Source: Eledone cirrhosa (lineage: Eukaryota). From it: DNA of 64,000 bases. The notes under the pieces are model-generated. The model made no database searches, was not told the DNA's origin, and saw nothing but the letters and a program-made list of their open reading frames with translations. The stretch covers positions 4,402,001 to 4,466,000 of the forward strand of contig OZ024757.1 in assembly GCA_964016885.1 (NCBI GenBank), in the 5' to 3' direction. Numbering within the stretch: the stretch's first letter is position 1; every line of letters begins with the position of its first letter. The position numbers and the translations under genes were made by a program. Shown in pieces: positions 1-13,519 of the stretch.

Positions 1-137
1 CACTCGGGCCCAGCTAATAGCTTTCGCTCCCTCGTTTCCTAGAGCATGTGATTTACTTCTGACCACGCAGCCTTCGTGTTTCGAAGAACTGGTCCAGTGC
101 TGTTTAGGTTGCTAGCACTCTAGCTACGTTGCCACTC

Positions 138-1121
138 CTAAGCGCCTCCTCTACCTTGGCTACTAGTTCCATTTCTGCTAAAGTCTATCGACTCTACTCT
201 AATTGCTTTCTTGAGGGAGTAACACCATCTGTTGTTGACGATGGCTCCCGTCAATTGTTGCTTAACTAATCTACTTATCCGTTCACTGTAGGCTTTACGT
301 CTCTGTAGCGACATGTTCAGCTTCCGGTATCCGGGTCCTTGTCTATCCATTCTATCATGGTTGACTATGCAGATGACTAGTTTGTGGTCTGAATAGGCAA
401 CCATGTGCATTTGTAGACAGCTTAACATCTTCTTGTCTCTCTCTAATAAAGAACCTGTCTAAATACGATCTGATGTCCCACTGAGGTTTGTCTACGTCCA
501 CTGTGGTGCAGTCGGGAAATCTAGTCCATACTTATCGGCCAGTTGGAATTGGCCAATTACATTTTTGAGGCTGTTGCACCCACCTCTACTGGGACATGAT
601 CCTACGTAGTCCCATCGTGCGTCTAGGATACCATTCCAGTCCCCCACTAAAAGCAAGGAGCGAGACGTTCACAGAAAAGACTCTAGACGCTTAAAGAAGT
701 CTGGCCGCGATTGCCCAGTCGAGGCATAAACGGCCACCAGTCTGAAGGCTCCACCTCCAACACTGTTCACATCTAGGACTACCAGTCTACCATCCGGGTC
801 CAAGTGCTGTACTTCGACGTTCAGGTTTTTCCGAAACATGACAGCCAAGGTTTTTCCGAAACATGACAGCCACTCCCCTCCATCTCCTGGCTGACAGAGA
901 GATGCGTAGATCTCAAAGTCATTGAAGATGGGGAATAGTTGCTGCCTATTGTGGATCCTGGACTCGGTGATGGCTATCACATCCATACCGTGTGACCTAA
1001 GGTCGTTTAAAAGTTGGCCCTGTTTCCAGGGCATCCATAGGCCACGCACATTCACGCTTTCAACTCGTAAATTAGCCATGTTGGTGGAGAAGAGTTGGCG
1101 AAAAAGGACGAAAAGATGCAC
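138..1121 (-). mobile_element. Decayed L1/Tx1-like LINE, apurinic-type endonuclease (ORF2 N-terminus)
   Basis: APE motifs SVNVRGL, DVIAITE, LVAVYA, LVGDWN, YSDHK across stops and frameshifts. A 25-bp tandem duplication (823-872) disrupts the frame. Low-complexity ORF1-like sequence lies upstream (1134-1710). Confidence 0.75.
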
Positions 1122-1786
1122 TTACCTTTTCGTTTACTGGAGATCGGGTTGTTCAATCTCCATTTGGGTGCTGGTGGGGGTGTTGAGTGGGGTGGGGAAA
1201 CATTTTAATAGGACGCGGTTAATGGGCTTTTGACAGGGGTTGCCAACGTCCTGCGAAAATTGTTCTTTTAATTCTTGATAGGTTTCTATTGAAACCCTTA
1301 TGAGTTTTAGGTGTGATTGAGAGTCTGCTTTGACAAAGGTTTTCCCCTCAGTTTCTACTTTGGGGTCTTGGGAGATGACCTCCATTAGGTTTTTGTTGTT
1401 TGTATGAATATGTGTATTGTTTGTTTGCTTTTTTGTGTTGTTTTGGTTTGGTGTTCATTTTGTAATTTTATTTTATGGTGGGTATTTGTGTTTGGGGTGG
1501 TGTTTGTGTTTGTTTTTCTGGTAGGGGGAGGGGTGATTGTGGTAGCGTTTGTGTTGTTGTTTGTGTTGGTGGTTGTGTGTTCGTGTTGGTGATTGTTGTT
1601 TTTGTGGATTTGCGGTGTCTCTGTTTTTTGTTTTTTTGATTTCCGAGACTCTCCTTCACCTTCACTTGGGGATGGAGAAGTAGTAGCCTCGTCTGATGAT
1701 GAATCGTCATCAGGGGCGTGTGGGAGGGGTATGTTGTGTGGTGATGGTGTGTTTGTGTGTGTGATTGTGATAGTGTTGGATGGATA

Positions 1787-1932
1787 GGCGAATTGGCAGA
1801 GTCGTTAGAACGTCATAGAATGCTTTGTGGTATTCATTCCGGCTCTCTGCTCTCTGAGTTCAAATCCCTCCGAGGTCAACTTTGCCTTTCATCCTTTCAA
1901 GGTTAATAGAAAAAGTACCAGTCAAGTACTGG
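1787..1932 (+). mobile_element. tRNA-derived SINE (octopus-type)
   Basis: Box A TGGCAGAGTCG and box B GTTCAAATCC. The body gaggtcaactttgcctttcatcc...agtaccagt is shared with copies at 41728, 42875 and 57429. Confidence 0.75.
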
Positions 1933-2159
1933 CAACAATTCTTCCTCTCTTTGGAAGAAATTTGCTGGAGAGGGATGAGCTCCACCAGGCTTTATAACGC
2001 CGTATACCAATACGGCGCCTCTACGGAGCACTGAGCACTGAGTGTAGTTTCAACTCTGGATGTCGGTGAGCATGTCCAGCTAACCCCAGTCTCCTCTGTG
2101 TCACTTTTGAGCTGACCTTTGATTTAAAATCATGTGTTGAAACCGATATTGTTATATTT

Positions 2160-2620
2160 TTATTCTTCCGTCAAAGCTCTTTCGTCACAGACTTGTGACC
2201 TCGTTAATGACTATCGATTTTTTGTTCCTCTTCTTTTTCTGCTCTTACATTTCTAATTCATTTTATTGTTATGCCGTTATTTCGTTTTGTGATGTGTTTG
2301 CGCATGCGTTTGAGTCTGCGCTTTCGTCTCTGTGTGTGTATGTGTCTTCGTGTTTTATCATGTGAGGTGTGGAGGGGGGCGATTTCTCATTTGCTGTTTC
2401 AGTCTTTTTTTCTTCTCTCTCTTTTCCTATTCTGTCTTCCGTCGTTAAGTTGTCGGGCGTTATTATTCCTTTCGTGTTTTCTGTTCAGTCCGTGTTTATT
2501 TTCTATTATGTGGGTGGCCTCAGTAATTTGTCTCAGTGTTGCGTCAGTTCTATGTGTGGATAGTATCTTTATTTCTGAATTATCTATTGAGCCCCCGTGT
2601 TCACTGTACTGGCTGAATGA
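2160..2620 (-). mobile_element. PLE 3' fragment (GIY-YIG C-terminus plus degenerate HHR)
   Basis: Minus strand translates EHGGSIDNSEIKILSTHRTDATLRQITEATHIIENKHGLNRKHE, homologous to the C-terminus of ORF 30725-31471. Degenerate HHR at 2170-2211 (core TTAACGA). Confidence 0.7.
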
Positions 2621-2753
2621 TTTGAGTGCATATGTAGGTTCGAGACCCTCATGAGATAATGTTCATCTTCTCCATTAAGAGGTCTTATATGCCCTAATAT
2701 TTAGACAAATTTTCTATAGTAAAACAACATTCTATTAAGCCTCTAGAACACGT

Positions 2754-2818
<65 letters not shown>

Positions 2819-2829
2819 GTAAAAATTTG

Positions 2830-4828
2830 AACAGGGACAAAACAGAGAGGCAGTACAACGAATGTTTATTAATTTCACGCTCTGGAGAGTGGCGTGTTGG
2901 TGGGGGACGACGTTTCGGGCATAAGCCCTTCCTCAGGTAAGAAGTGTGTGGGAACAGAGTTCAAAGGGTGTGTATGGGAGTGGTGGAGAGACATATAGCG
3001 AAAGGAAACGGTGCGAATGAAAAAATAAAAAATAAAGATAAAAATAAAAATAAAGCATGATCAAAATACAAGGAATGAAATAAATTTAAATATAAAAGCA
3101 TGATCAAAATAAACTGAAATTAAAAGGGGGGTAAAACAGGTGGTAGAAGGGTGTGGGGTGTAGGGGTGGTGGCGGGTGGAGTGGGGAGAGGGAGACGGGG
3201 TGTCCGAGCGAGGAGGGCTGAAGGTGGTGTGTGTGTGTAGGTGTGCGTGTGTGTGTGTATGTGTGTATGTGAAAGTAATGGTTGGGGGAAGAACGGTGTT
3301 GCATGTTCAGGAAGAGGTGTGTGTGGGGGGGTCGGAGTGTCTGTGCGTGTGTGGATAGAGGGGTGGGGGGAGAGGAATCAGGAGGCTGAGGGTGTAAATA
3401 TGTGGTGGAAAGCACGTGTGTGTGGGGTTTAAGCGTGTTTTGTGGGTGTAGGTGGCGTGTGGAGAAAAAAATTTTTTTGGGGTGTGTGTGTGGGTGAGTT
3501 ATATAGGTGATTACGTAAGAGGATGGTTGAAAAGTAGGTAAATTCCAAAGATGTTTAGTGGATTCTGTGTTGGTCAATTTCTGCGTGTGGGTATTCCATG
3601 AAGCGATGGTCGGAAGAGGAGAGATGTGAGGTGCGCGCGCAACAGGAAGTGGTCAAGCAGTGGGTGTGCTGTGTGTCTCTTTGTGCTGGGAGGTGGTCAG
3701 AGGGCATAGCAGCAGTCGGTGGAATGGTAAAGGGGCGAGGATGGGTAGGTGTGAAAGTTGGAGTGAGGAGGGTGCGGGTGTAGTTTGATGAAGAGGTGTT
3801 AGTGGGTGTTAGTATACGGGAGGTGGGGAGGGGTTGAATGCAGGTGTGAGTGGGGGTTAGTGGTGGTAGGGTGTGTAGAGTTGGTGGTGTACGAGGGTGT
3901 GTGGGTACGTGTGCGTGGGGTTGGGGGGTGTTAGTGATGTTAGTTGCGTGTGGGGTGGGTGGTGTAAGTGGGTGCGTGTGTTCGTGTGCTTGGGGTTAGG
4001 GGGTGTTAGTGAGGTTAGTTGCGGGGTGGTGGGATGGAGGTGTGGGGGTGAGAGGTGTGGGGGTGAGGGTTAGTGGTGGTAGTAGGGTGTGTGTTTAGTG
4101 TGAGCGCGTGTATATATGTGCCGGTGGGTGTGTGCGTGTGATAAGGAGGGGGAGGAGGAGAAGAAGGGAGGGATGTTAGTATGTTAGTTGGGGAAGGGTG
4201 GTCAGATGAGGGGTGGAGTGGAGGTGTTAGTATTGTTAGTTGTGGGGTGGGCGGTGAAAAGGAGGGGTGGGTTAGTGGTGTTAGTGGGGGATAAGTGTGG
4301 GGGGAGGGGGCGGTCGAAGGCTAAAGGAATAAGGGTGGGGAGTTTAGGCCGGGGGGAGTGTGGGTCTGTGAGATGAAGATAGTTCGTTGTTCGACCGTAA
4401 GGCGATTGGCGGGTGTTCCGTGGCACTGGAGTAGGCCACAGACTGTGAGATGGCGTGCGGAGTGTCCAGGGCCACCAAAGTGGCGGGCGATGGGGGAACT
4501 ACCCCCGAGACGAATATCCCGGAGGTGCTCCGTGAATCGGTCCGCCAGGCGACGTCCCGTCTGTCCGACATAAGAAGTGGACGTGGGTGGTGGAGATAGA
4601 GGTGATGAAGTGGAGGGGGGGGGGGGGGGTGGAAGGAGCAGAAGAAGGAGAGAAAGGAGTCGAGCTGTTCTCGGGTGAGGGTCGTGGCTCTGATACAGTC
4701 GTCAATGTAACGACCGTACATTTCGGGCGTGGGGCCGGTGTACTGGGCAAAGATTTGGGCTTCAACATGGCCAACAAAAAGGTTGGCATAGTTCGGGCCC
4801 ATTCTTGTGCCCATGGCTACCCCCGTGA

Positions 4829-4830
<2 letters not shown>
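2830..4830 (-). mobile_element. Internally deleted Neptune-like PLE
   Basis: RT motifs GVAMGTRMGPNYANLFVG and YGRYIDD (4600-4830) join GIY-YIG YVGQTGRRLADRFTEH. A long CA-rich 3' region follows, ending in an HHR core and AATAAA. Confidence 0.8.
2906..2937 (-). ncRNA. Hammerhead ribozyme core (stem I not evident)
   Basis: CTGAGGA-aGGGCttatGCCC-GAAA-CG-TC at the PLE 3' end. Confidence 0.6.
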
Positions 4831-4894
<64 letters not shown>

Positions 4895-4901
<7 letters not shown>

Positions 4902-5850
4902 AGGAAAAGCGAAGTAGTTTCAGATGTTCAAGTCCTTTAATAATAATGCTGTGATATATGTTTCAATGACGACACTGGCCACACTGTTCTGTGTGCGAGT
5001 GTCGTGACATCATCAGACAGCTTGTTACATAATAAGGTTATGTTTCCGAGGCAATCCAAATTGAATCGAACGGATGAAGTGCGTGCTTTTGGGTTCTTCA
5101 TCCGTTCCCCTGTGAGTACCAATTCTCCCCCACCGGTCTGCGCAGGCGCATGTCCGAAGGAAGTTGGCCATTAGCTACCGCAGATTTCAACGAAATTCAC
5201 TTAGTCAGTTCACCCTCTCAGCCAAACAATGGCCCACCTAGGCCTGTACCATAGTTTACTGCTACCCATCCCGACTGTGGCAGTCAGCCGAAAGCCAGAG
5301 GGGATGGGAGAGTGTTAGTTTTTACAGGTCACAATACTACCTCTCACCAAGCGTGGACAGTACAACTGACCATCAACTCATAAGAGAAAATAAACTTAAT
5401 CTAGGTATCATGGTTTTACATCGGAAGTTAAGAATGAGAGTTGGAAATAAAAATTAAAATCCTAAATCAAATATCAGAAATTATAAATTAAACAATTAAA
5501 AAATTAACAATTAGAAATTAAAAACTTTTTCAAGTGAGAAACCGGATTGAGGTGAGTAAAAAAATATAGATTGCAGTAAGTAAATAATATGGAGAGAGAT
5601 GTTTAAGTAAGACGTTCTGAGAGGGGTTCTAATGTCACAGTTACTCTATACACATATTGAACGACATTAGAACGGAGGGTAAACTACAGTATTCAAGGCA
5701 GTAGTCAATCTGGTACACAGTCATAATTTCCATCACATGGAACAAAACCAAAGAAAAACAGTGTGGCCAGTGTCGTCATTGAAATATATATCACAGCATT
5801 ATAATTAAAGGACTTGAACATCTGAAACTACTTCGCTTTTCCTTATTCGA
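4895..5850. mobile_element. ORF-less fold-back element with HHR
   Basis: 4897-4987 is an inverted repeat of 5758-5848. Complete HHR on the minus strand; only the 3' half on the plus strand. Confidence 0.65.
4948..5021 (-). ncRNA. Type I hammerhead ribozyme, extended stem II
   Basis: GCTGT-CTGATGA-[ACGACACT/AGTGTCGT plus CACAC/GTGTG]-GAAA-CATAT-ATC-ACAGC. Confidence 0.8.
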
Positions 5851-5923
5851 TATTTACTCCGTCACTCCTATGTGGAAAAAGTACGTTGAGTGCTTGAATT
5901 GAATTGCATCAATATTTACCCTA

Positions 5924-5955
<32 letters not shown>

Positions 5956-6010
5956 CGTAAAATAAGAAAATTTTAGAAAAATTTTTTAAATTTAACTTAC
6001 TAAAATTTTC

Positions 6011-6092
6011 ACTCCAACTAATTAGTTTCTGCAATGGGATATAGACAGTTACGTAATATAACTGTCGAGAATTCATTGCGTCATCAGGGAGT
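6011..6092 (-). ncRNA. Type I hammerhead ribozyme, family A
   Basis: ACTCC-CTGATGA-cGCAATG..GACAGTT/AACTGTC..CATTGCa-GAAA-CTAATTA-GTT-GGAGT. Confidence 0.85.
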
Positions 6093-6209
6093 CATATATA
6101 TATATATATGTATGTATATATATATATATATATATATAAAGAAAAAGGGATGAAATCGAAAATGCAACTGAAGTCTTATTTTTTTTAAAATATATATATT
6201 TATTTGGTT

Positions 6210-6247
6210 CCTTTACCGGTTTCGCAGTTCTTCTGCTTTTCAAAAGG
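6210..6247 (-). ncRNA. Hammerhead ribozyme, U3-A8 core variant
   Basis: Inverted copy of 6557-6594. Confidence 0.75.
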
Positions 6248-6556
6248 TGAGTTGAGATGGAGGGTCTGTGGTTTTTCTCACATCTGGTTGGTCTCTAAAT
6301 GTTACTTGTTTTATATGGAAAAACTGGCTCGAAAACCAGGTTTTTCGAGAAGTAATTTGATTGGTTTGTCAATAATTATAATAAATTTCGCGCTATTGTA
6401 ACGCGAACTGGCGCGAAATTTATTATAATTATTGACAAACCAATCAAATTACTTCTCGAAAAACCTGGTTTTCGAGCCAGTTTTTCCATATAAAACAAGT
6501 AACATTTAGAGACCAACCAGATGTGAGAAAAACCACAGACCCTCCATCTCAACTCA

Positions 6557-6594
6557 CCTTTTGAAAAGCAGAAGAACTGCGAAACCGGTAAAGG
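6557..6594 (+). ncRNA. Hammerhead ribozyme, U3-A8 core variant
   Basis: CCTT-TTGAAAA-GCAGaagaaCTGC-GAAA-CCG-GTA-AAGG, then AATAAA. Confidence 0.75.
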
Positions 6595-6724
6595 AACCAA
6601 ATAAATATATATATTTAAAAAAAAATAAGACTTCAGTTGCATTTTCGATTTCATCCCTTTTTCTTTATACTTCCACTCGTGTAGGACACCTCGGTTATTT
6701 TTCATTTTGTAAAAAAAACCTCAC

Positions 6725-6833
<109 letters not shown>

Positions 6834-6905
6834 ACTATCAAGCGTGAAACTAAAAACCATACCATTTGTACTGCCTCTCTGTTTTTTTTCTCTGTCCATT
6901 TATTC

Positions 6906-7007
<102 letters not shown>

Positions 7008-7127
7008 GAATAAATGGACAATTCTAATTTTCAATTTTTGCTGGACCGGCAACCGCTCTGTATAATCAGTTCCCTGATTATTACTGGAATTCTATAATTC
7101 ATAATTTTCAGCAAGCAAATGGAGTGC

Positions 7128-7175
7128 TAAGCTCTGAGGAGTACCAACATTACGAAACAGACGTTTGTCAGCTTA
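7128..7175 (+). ncRNA. Type I hammerhead ribozyme
   Basis: TAAGCT-CTGAGGA-GTAccaacatTAC-GAAA-CAGACGTTT-GTC-AGCTTA. Predicted cleavage after 7169. Confidence 0.85.
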
Positions 7176-7404
7176 TCTCCCTTTGTTTTCTGAAAAAAGA
7201 AGTAAGTGACATACTCACTACTTTAAAACAATAGCATAAGGTCTTCATAATGCTTTTAATTAAGCATACAGTGTATTGCAAAATACACTATATATACATT
7301 CATATATATATCGCTATTTCAGAGCACCAATTCTAATATATATGTATATGTATATATGCATGACCTGGCAAGCTAATTAGAACACTGGATTAACCCCTTT
7401 ACTT

Positions 7405-7441
7405 CCCTCCGAAGAAGAGACAGTATCTCGAAAATTAAGGA
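7405..7441 (+). ncRNA. Minimal hammerhead ribozyme (U4C)
   Basis: CCT-CCGAAGA-aGAGAcagtaTCTC-GAAA-A-TTA-AGG. Confidence 0.55.
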
Positions 7442-7593
7442 TATTCAAATAATTTTAAGGTAAAAGACTAATTGTCAGCAATATCTTTTGCATTTGTATT
7501 TTTATTCTATATCCATACCTGCATTGTTTTGGCCTTCTAACTACAAATGTTTATACCTCATTACGCAATGCTTCAAGTAAACTACAATTTCCT

Positions 7594-7800
<207 letters not shown>

Positions 7801-8550
7801 AATGAAAAAAGTTCTCCTTCATCAGTGATCTTCCAACTGTCATAGGCATTTCATCGCTTTAAAGACCATATACCTCCGGTTGGTGCGAGCAACGGCTAAA
7901 AAAAGTCGTTGGGACACGTAAATAAAGGGGACGCGAGGGTAAACAAACAAAATGGTGAAGCAACAGAAAGTGAGGAAGAAGGAGACAAGTCCCAGATTTC
8001 TATGAATTTAAGTTCGGTGAAATCGTGAACGAGAGAATAAAGACCATCAAACCTGGTTGAAATGTAAGCAAAGAAGGAATTTCGCACAGGTCTAACGGGA
8101 GAAAGAAGGGGTCTGGTCTGCGAATTCAGTAAACATAAGTTCTGTGAAATCGTAGTCGAGAGAAAAAAAAATTCCGACCAGCTTGGCCGAGTATGTGAGA
8201 GAAAAGAATTACTCACAGGTCAAACGGGAAGAAAGAGGAGGAGGAGAGGTAGTGACAGAGAATGAGTGAGTGAAGGGTGGGGAAGAGGCTAACAGAGAGA
8301 GAGACTGCTAGAAAGGGTAAAGATACATAGAACGAAAAAGACGGTGTAGCAGCAGAGGAAAAAATATGTGTAAATATGATAATAAGGGCGCTGCGGAGTT
8401 GCAAATGGGTTACATATGAAAAAAGTTGTTCTTCATCAGTGATCTTCCAACTATCATAGGCATTTCATCGCTTTAAAGACCATATACCTCCGGTTGGTGC
8501 GAGCAACGGCTAATAAAAGTCGTTGGGACACGTAAATAAAGGGGACGCGA
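7801..8550. repeat. Terminally redundant non-coding element (about 130-bp direct repeats, about 615 bp apart)
   Basis: 7801-7935 is similar to 8416-8550. A diverged relative forms a fold-back at 52240-52660. Confidence 0.7.
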
Positions 8551-8552
8551 TA

Positions 8553-8590
<38 letters not shown>

Positions 8591-8663
8591 CATATAGTCA
8601 TATATACATATATACATATATATATACATATATACAGATATATATACATATATATATATATAT

Positions 8664-8696
<33 letters not shown>

Positions 8697-8777
8697 TATA
8701 CACATATATACATATATATATATACATATAAAATAAAATAAAATAAGTCAAATATTTAAAATTTGGCTTCGTTTATT

Positions 8778-8836
8778 ACTGCTATATATATATATTTCGG
8801 TGACAGCCATCTTTGTCTGTGACCTCTTCAGGCAGT
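8778..8836 (-). ncRNA. Hammerhead ribozyme, family B
   Basis: Inverted copy of 11274-11328. Confidence 0.8.
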
Positions 8837-11273
8837 CCGAATTAGTGTGGTAGAGACGAGTACACATGTTGTTGAGGTGTTTAACTTTGTCAATACTCTG
8901 ATATGCCCAGTTCCTGGTTGAGTTGTTATTTCAATGAGGAACTGGAATCATATGTATTTAAACAAACGAATTTCAGCGTCAAAGGACATCCTCTCCTCCC
9001 ATTGGTCAGTTGTGAGAACATTCCTCAGTCAAAAGTCTATAGAAATTCGTTGTGAGGCGAGGCAATCTGTAGTGGTTGTTCTTGTTATTGTTAAGTACAT
9101 CTGACCTCTACTCTTATGTTGGTAGTGGTGTTGGTGTTGGAGTCAGCTTAATTCCAGCTGCTGCTAATTTTAGATGGATCTGTGTGTGTTGGCATCTATC
9201 CTGCCACCATTTCTCGTGGTGGTGGTGGTGGTGGTGGGGGTGCCAATCATATGAAGAAATAAAAGGCAATAAAGTGAAGAAAATAGAAAATGAAAATAAG
9301 ATAATATAAGCAAATAATTAAACAAAAAAATGATAAAATGGTAGAAGGAATAAGATGGTAAAAGAATAAAATAAGATAATCAAATAAAATGTGTGTGTTA
9401 TAACCAATCTCAAAGTTAGAAAGATGTTGGCCAAATTAGAAAGGCTGTGTCAGAATCAATCTCTAGGCTATCATGGTGTCTGCTCAGCCTGGATGGGTCC
9501 CTATGGCTTGAGGGGAGTTCCCAACCTATGGTGTTGTTACTGTCCATATAGCTTGAGGGAGGTCCGGCCAAGAGGTGTCTACATGTTCTGGAGAAGTCCC
9601 TGTAGCAAGAAGATAGCAAAACACATAGCGCCCAAAGGGGAAGCAACAATGCGGGAACAACTAGCAACCCAACAACTCTCCAACAACTCACGACGCCCTC
9701 AACCCACCCATATAGGAGTATACGCAGAAAATCACGTGGTACAACCCACCCTACTCAGCAGCCCTAAAGAACAGCTTGGCCCGATCATTCTTTGGAGTAC
9801 TTGATAAATGCTTCCCGAGCGACCATAGATACCACAAGATCTTCAACAGACAGACTGTTAAGCTCTCGTATTCCAGCACCAGAAATCTGGCCCAACACAT
9901 AGCTAGCATCAACAGAAGTAGGCTTAAAACCCACACACAACCAGAAGATGGCAATATAAGCACCCAGCAGAACCATATGGAAGGAGCGAAGGGTGGACCC
10001 AGTGCCCACCCAAGAAACTCAAACAGACCCGGGACCCCCCCCCCCTCCCACCGGGCCCGTGGGGAAGACCACCATGTAACACATAACGGGAACCCCACAC
10101 TAGTCACGCAGAGGTCGACCACCCTCTGCAACTGCACAAACCCCGAATCATGCCTCCTTAGTAATGAATGCCTTAGGAATAACCTAATATACGGATGTTG
10201 AGTAAAAAAAAAACAACTCCGAACACCTCTACATAGGAGCCACATCAACCAGCTTTAAAGACCGTTGGTATAACCATCGCCATTCTTTCAATAAGGAGGT
10301 CAAAAGGAAAAGTACGGCTCTTTCCGAACTGATCTGGAAGCTTAAGCTGGACAGGACCCCGTACTCTCTAGCCTGGTTCATAATCAGGAAAGTACCACCC
10401 GATAAAGGGGGATCTGGCATATGCAAACTATGTCTGAGCGAGACCCTCGAGATACTAAGAGGTGGAAGCAGCCTGATAAACCTCAGAACCCACTTCTTCG
10501 GGACATGTAGACACCTCAGGGCCTGAACCTTCCTCAAGCTATATGAACAGTAACAACACACTGAGATGTGAACTCCCCTCAAGCTACAAGGACTTCTCCA
10601 GAACATGTAGACACCTCTTGGCCAGACCGCCCTCAAGCTATATGGACAATAACAACACCATAGGTTGGGAACTGCCCCCGAGTCATAGGGACCCATCCAG
10701 GCTGATCAGATACCATGATAGCCTAGAGATTGATTCTGACACAGCCTTTCTAATTTGGCCAACATCTTTCTAACTTTGAGATTGGTTAAAACACACACAC
10801 ATTTCATTTGAATCTTTATTTTTTTATTTTTCATTTATTTTCTATTTTCTTCATTTTATTGCCGTTATTTCTTCATATGCATGGCACAACGAGAAATGGT
10901 GGCAGGATAGATGCCAACACATACACACAGAATCATCTAAAATTAGCAGCAGCTGGAATTAAGCTGACTCCAATACCAACACCACTACCAACATAAGGGT
11001 AGAGGTCAGATGTACTTAACAATAACAAGAACAACCACTACAGATTGCCTCGCCTCACAACGAATTTCTATAGACTTTTGACTGAGGAATGTTCTCACAA
11101 CTGACCAATGGGAGGAGAGGATGTCCTTTGACGCTGAAATTCGTTTGTTTAAATACATATGATTTCAGTTCCTCACTGAAATAACAACCCAACCAGGAAC
11201 TGGGCATATCAGAGTATTGACAAAGTTACACACCTCAATAACATATGTACTTGTCTATACCACACTAATTCGG

Positions 11274-11328
11274 ACTGCCTGAAGAGGTCACAGCCAAAGA
11301 TGGCTGTCACCGAAATATATATAGCAGT
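11274..11328 (+). ncRNA. Type I hammerhead ribozyme, family B
   Basis: ACTGC-CTGAAGA-GGTCACAGCCAaagaTGGCTGTCACC-GAAA-TATAT-ATA-GCAGT-AATAAA. Confidence 0.85.
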
Positions 11329-11701
11329 AATAAACGAAACCAAATGTTAAATATTTGACTTATTTTATTTTATTTTACATTACTCCGGTGTAACCAAACC
11401 AACCTGCGCACTTCGTCGAGTGCTCCAATCTGCAAACTGAGGTGTTGGTATACAACCAACATATACTCAAAATTTATACATATATATATATATATATATA
11501 TACATATATACATATATACATATATATATATAAAGAATTAATATATCTAGTAACATATATATACACAGATGCATACTTATGCTAGCAAATATATAGGTTT
11601 TGTCTTAGTAACTTTGTGGTTCAAGGCATGGGGATGCAGAACAATAATATGAGAGACGTAAAATAAGAAAATTATAAAATTAACTTACTTACTAAAATTT
11701 C

Positions 11702-11783
11702 ACTCCAACTAATTAGTTTCTGAAAGGGAATAAACATACTTTCCGAAGAAGCGTACGGAGAAACCTTTCTTCATCAGGGAAGT
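11702..11783 (-). ncRNA. Hammerhead ribozyme, family A variant
   Basis: Inverted copy of 12344-12425. Confidence 0.8.
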
Positions 11784-12343
11784 CTATTCTCAGCTAAGTT
11801 TCCAGGCAATACGTGGACACAGGGAACTTATACAAAAGTAATTCAGTGGATGGAAAAAAGCAAAGCGTGGACTAAATTCCAAGCCATTGAGAAAATCACT
11901 GCCTACTTTTAGTAAGTAAGTTAATTTTATAATTTTCTTATTTTACGTCTCTCATATTATTGTTCTGCATCCCCATGCATTGAACCACAAAGTTACTAGG
12001 ACAAAACCTATATATTTGCTAGCATAAGTATGCATCTGTGTATATATATGTTACTAGATATATTAATTCTTTATAATTATCTCCAAATTATTTGTCGAGC
12101 AAACATTGGCCAAAACTGTTACTGTAGTAACAGTCCGGCTGCTGTCTTCTTAACAAACCACTCTCCACTGATTGACCTCGATGTCACGTGATTGATTCTT
12201 TTGAATTTGCCACCGACGCAGTAGGCAGTGATTTTCTCAATGGCTTGGAATTTAGTCCACGCTTTGCTTTTTTCCATCCACTGAATTATTTTTGTATAAG
12301 TTCCCTGTGTCCACGTATTGCCTGGAAACTTAGCTGAGAATAG

Positions 12344-12425
12344 ACTTCCCTGATGACGAAAGGCTTCTCCGTACGCTTCTTCGGAAAGTATGTTTATTCC
12401 CTTTCAGAAACTAATTAGTTGGAGT
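12344..12425 (+). ncRNA. Type I hammerhead ribozyme, family A variant
   Basis: ACTTCC-CTGATGA-cGAAAGG..CGTAC(gc)TTC-TTCG-GAA(a)GTATG..CCTTTCa-GAAA-CTAATTA-GTT-GGAGT. Confidence 0.85.
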
Positions 12426-12470
12426 GAAATTTTAGTAAGTAAGTTAATTTTATAATTTTCTTATTTTACG

Positions 12471-13515
<1,045 letters not shown>

Positions 13516-13519
13516 TATA

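Larger units (their letters stand above)
6138..6666. repeat. Near-perfect palindrome (arms about 256 bp, 17-nt spacer) with an HHR in each arm
   Basis: 6138-6393 is the reverse complement of 6411-6666. Confidence 0.9.
8731..11480 (+). mobile_element. 5'-truncated Naiad-type PLE with inverted 3'-end copy
   Basis: Coding remnant 9700-10530 (VVQPT/WYNPP region, LDKCFP, CNC, YIG, KDRWYNH). Arms 8731-9606 and 10584-11377 are inverted repeats. Diverged subrepeats of about 47 nt at 10500-10700. Confidence 0.85.

Noticed and set aside
1787-1932. tRNA gene
   Set aside because: Boxes A and B are present but there is no cloverleaf, and it continues into a SINE body.
3100-4340. ORFs or telomeric repeats in the GT-rich tract
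   Set aside because: Low-complexity 3' region of a PLE. The scattered ggttag words are not a regular telomeric array.
10195-10205. TGA after IYGC as selenocysteine
   Set aside because: It aligns to Lys, Asn or Asp in sister elements, so it is probably a CGA-to-TGA decay. A frameshift follows immediately.
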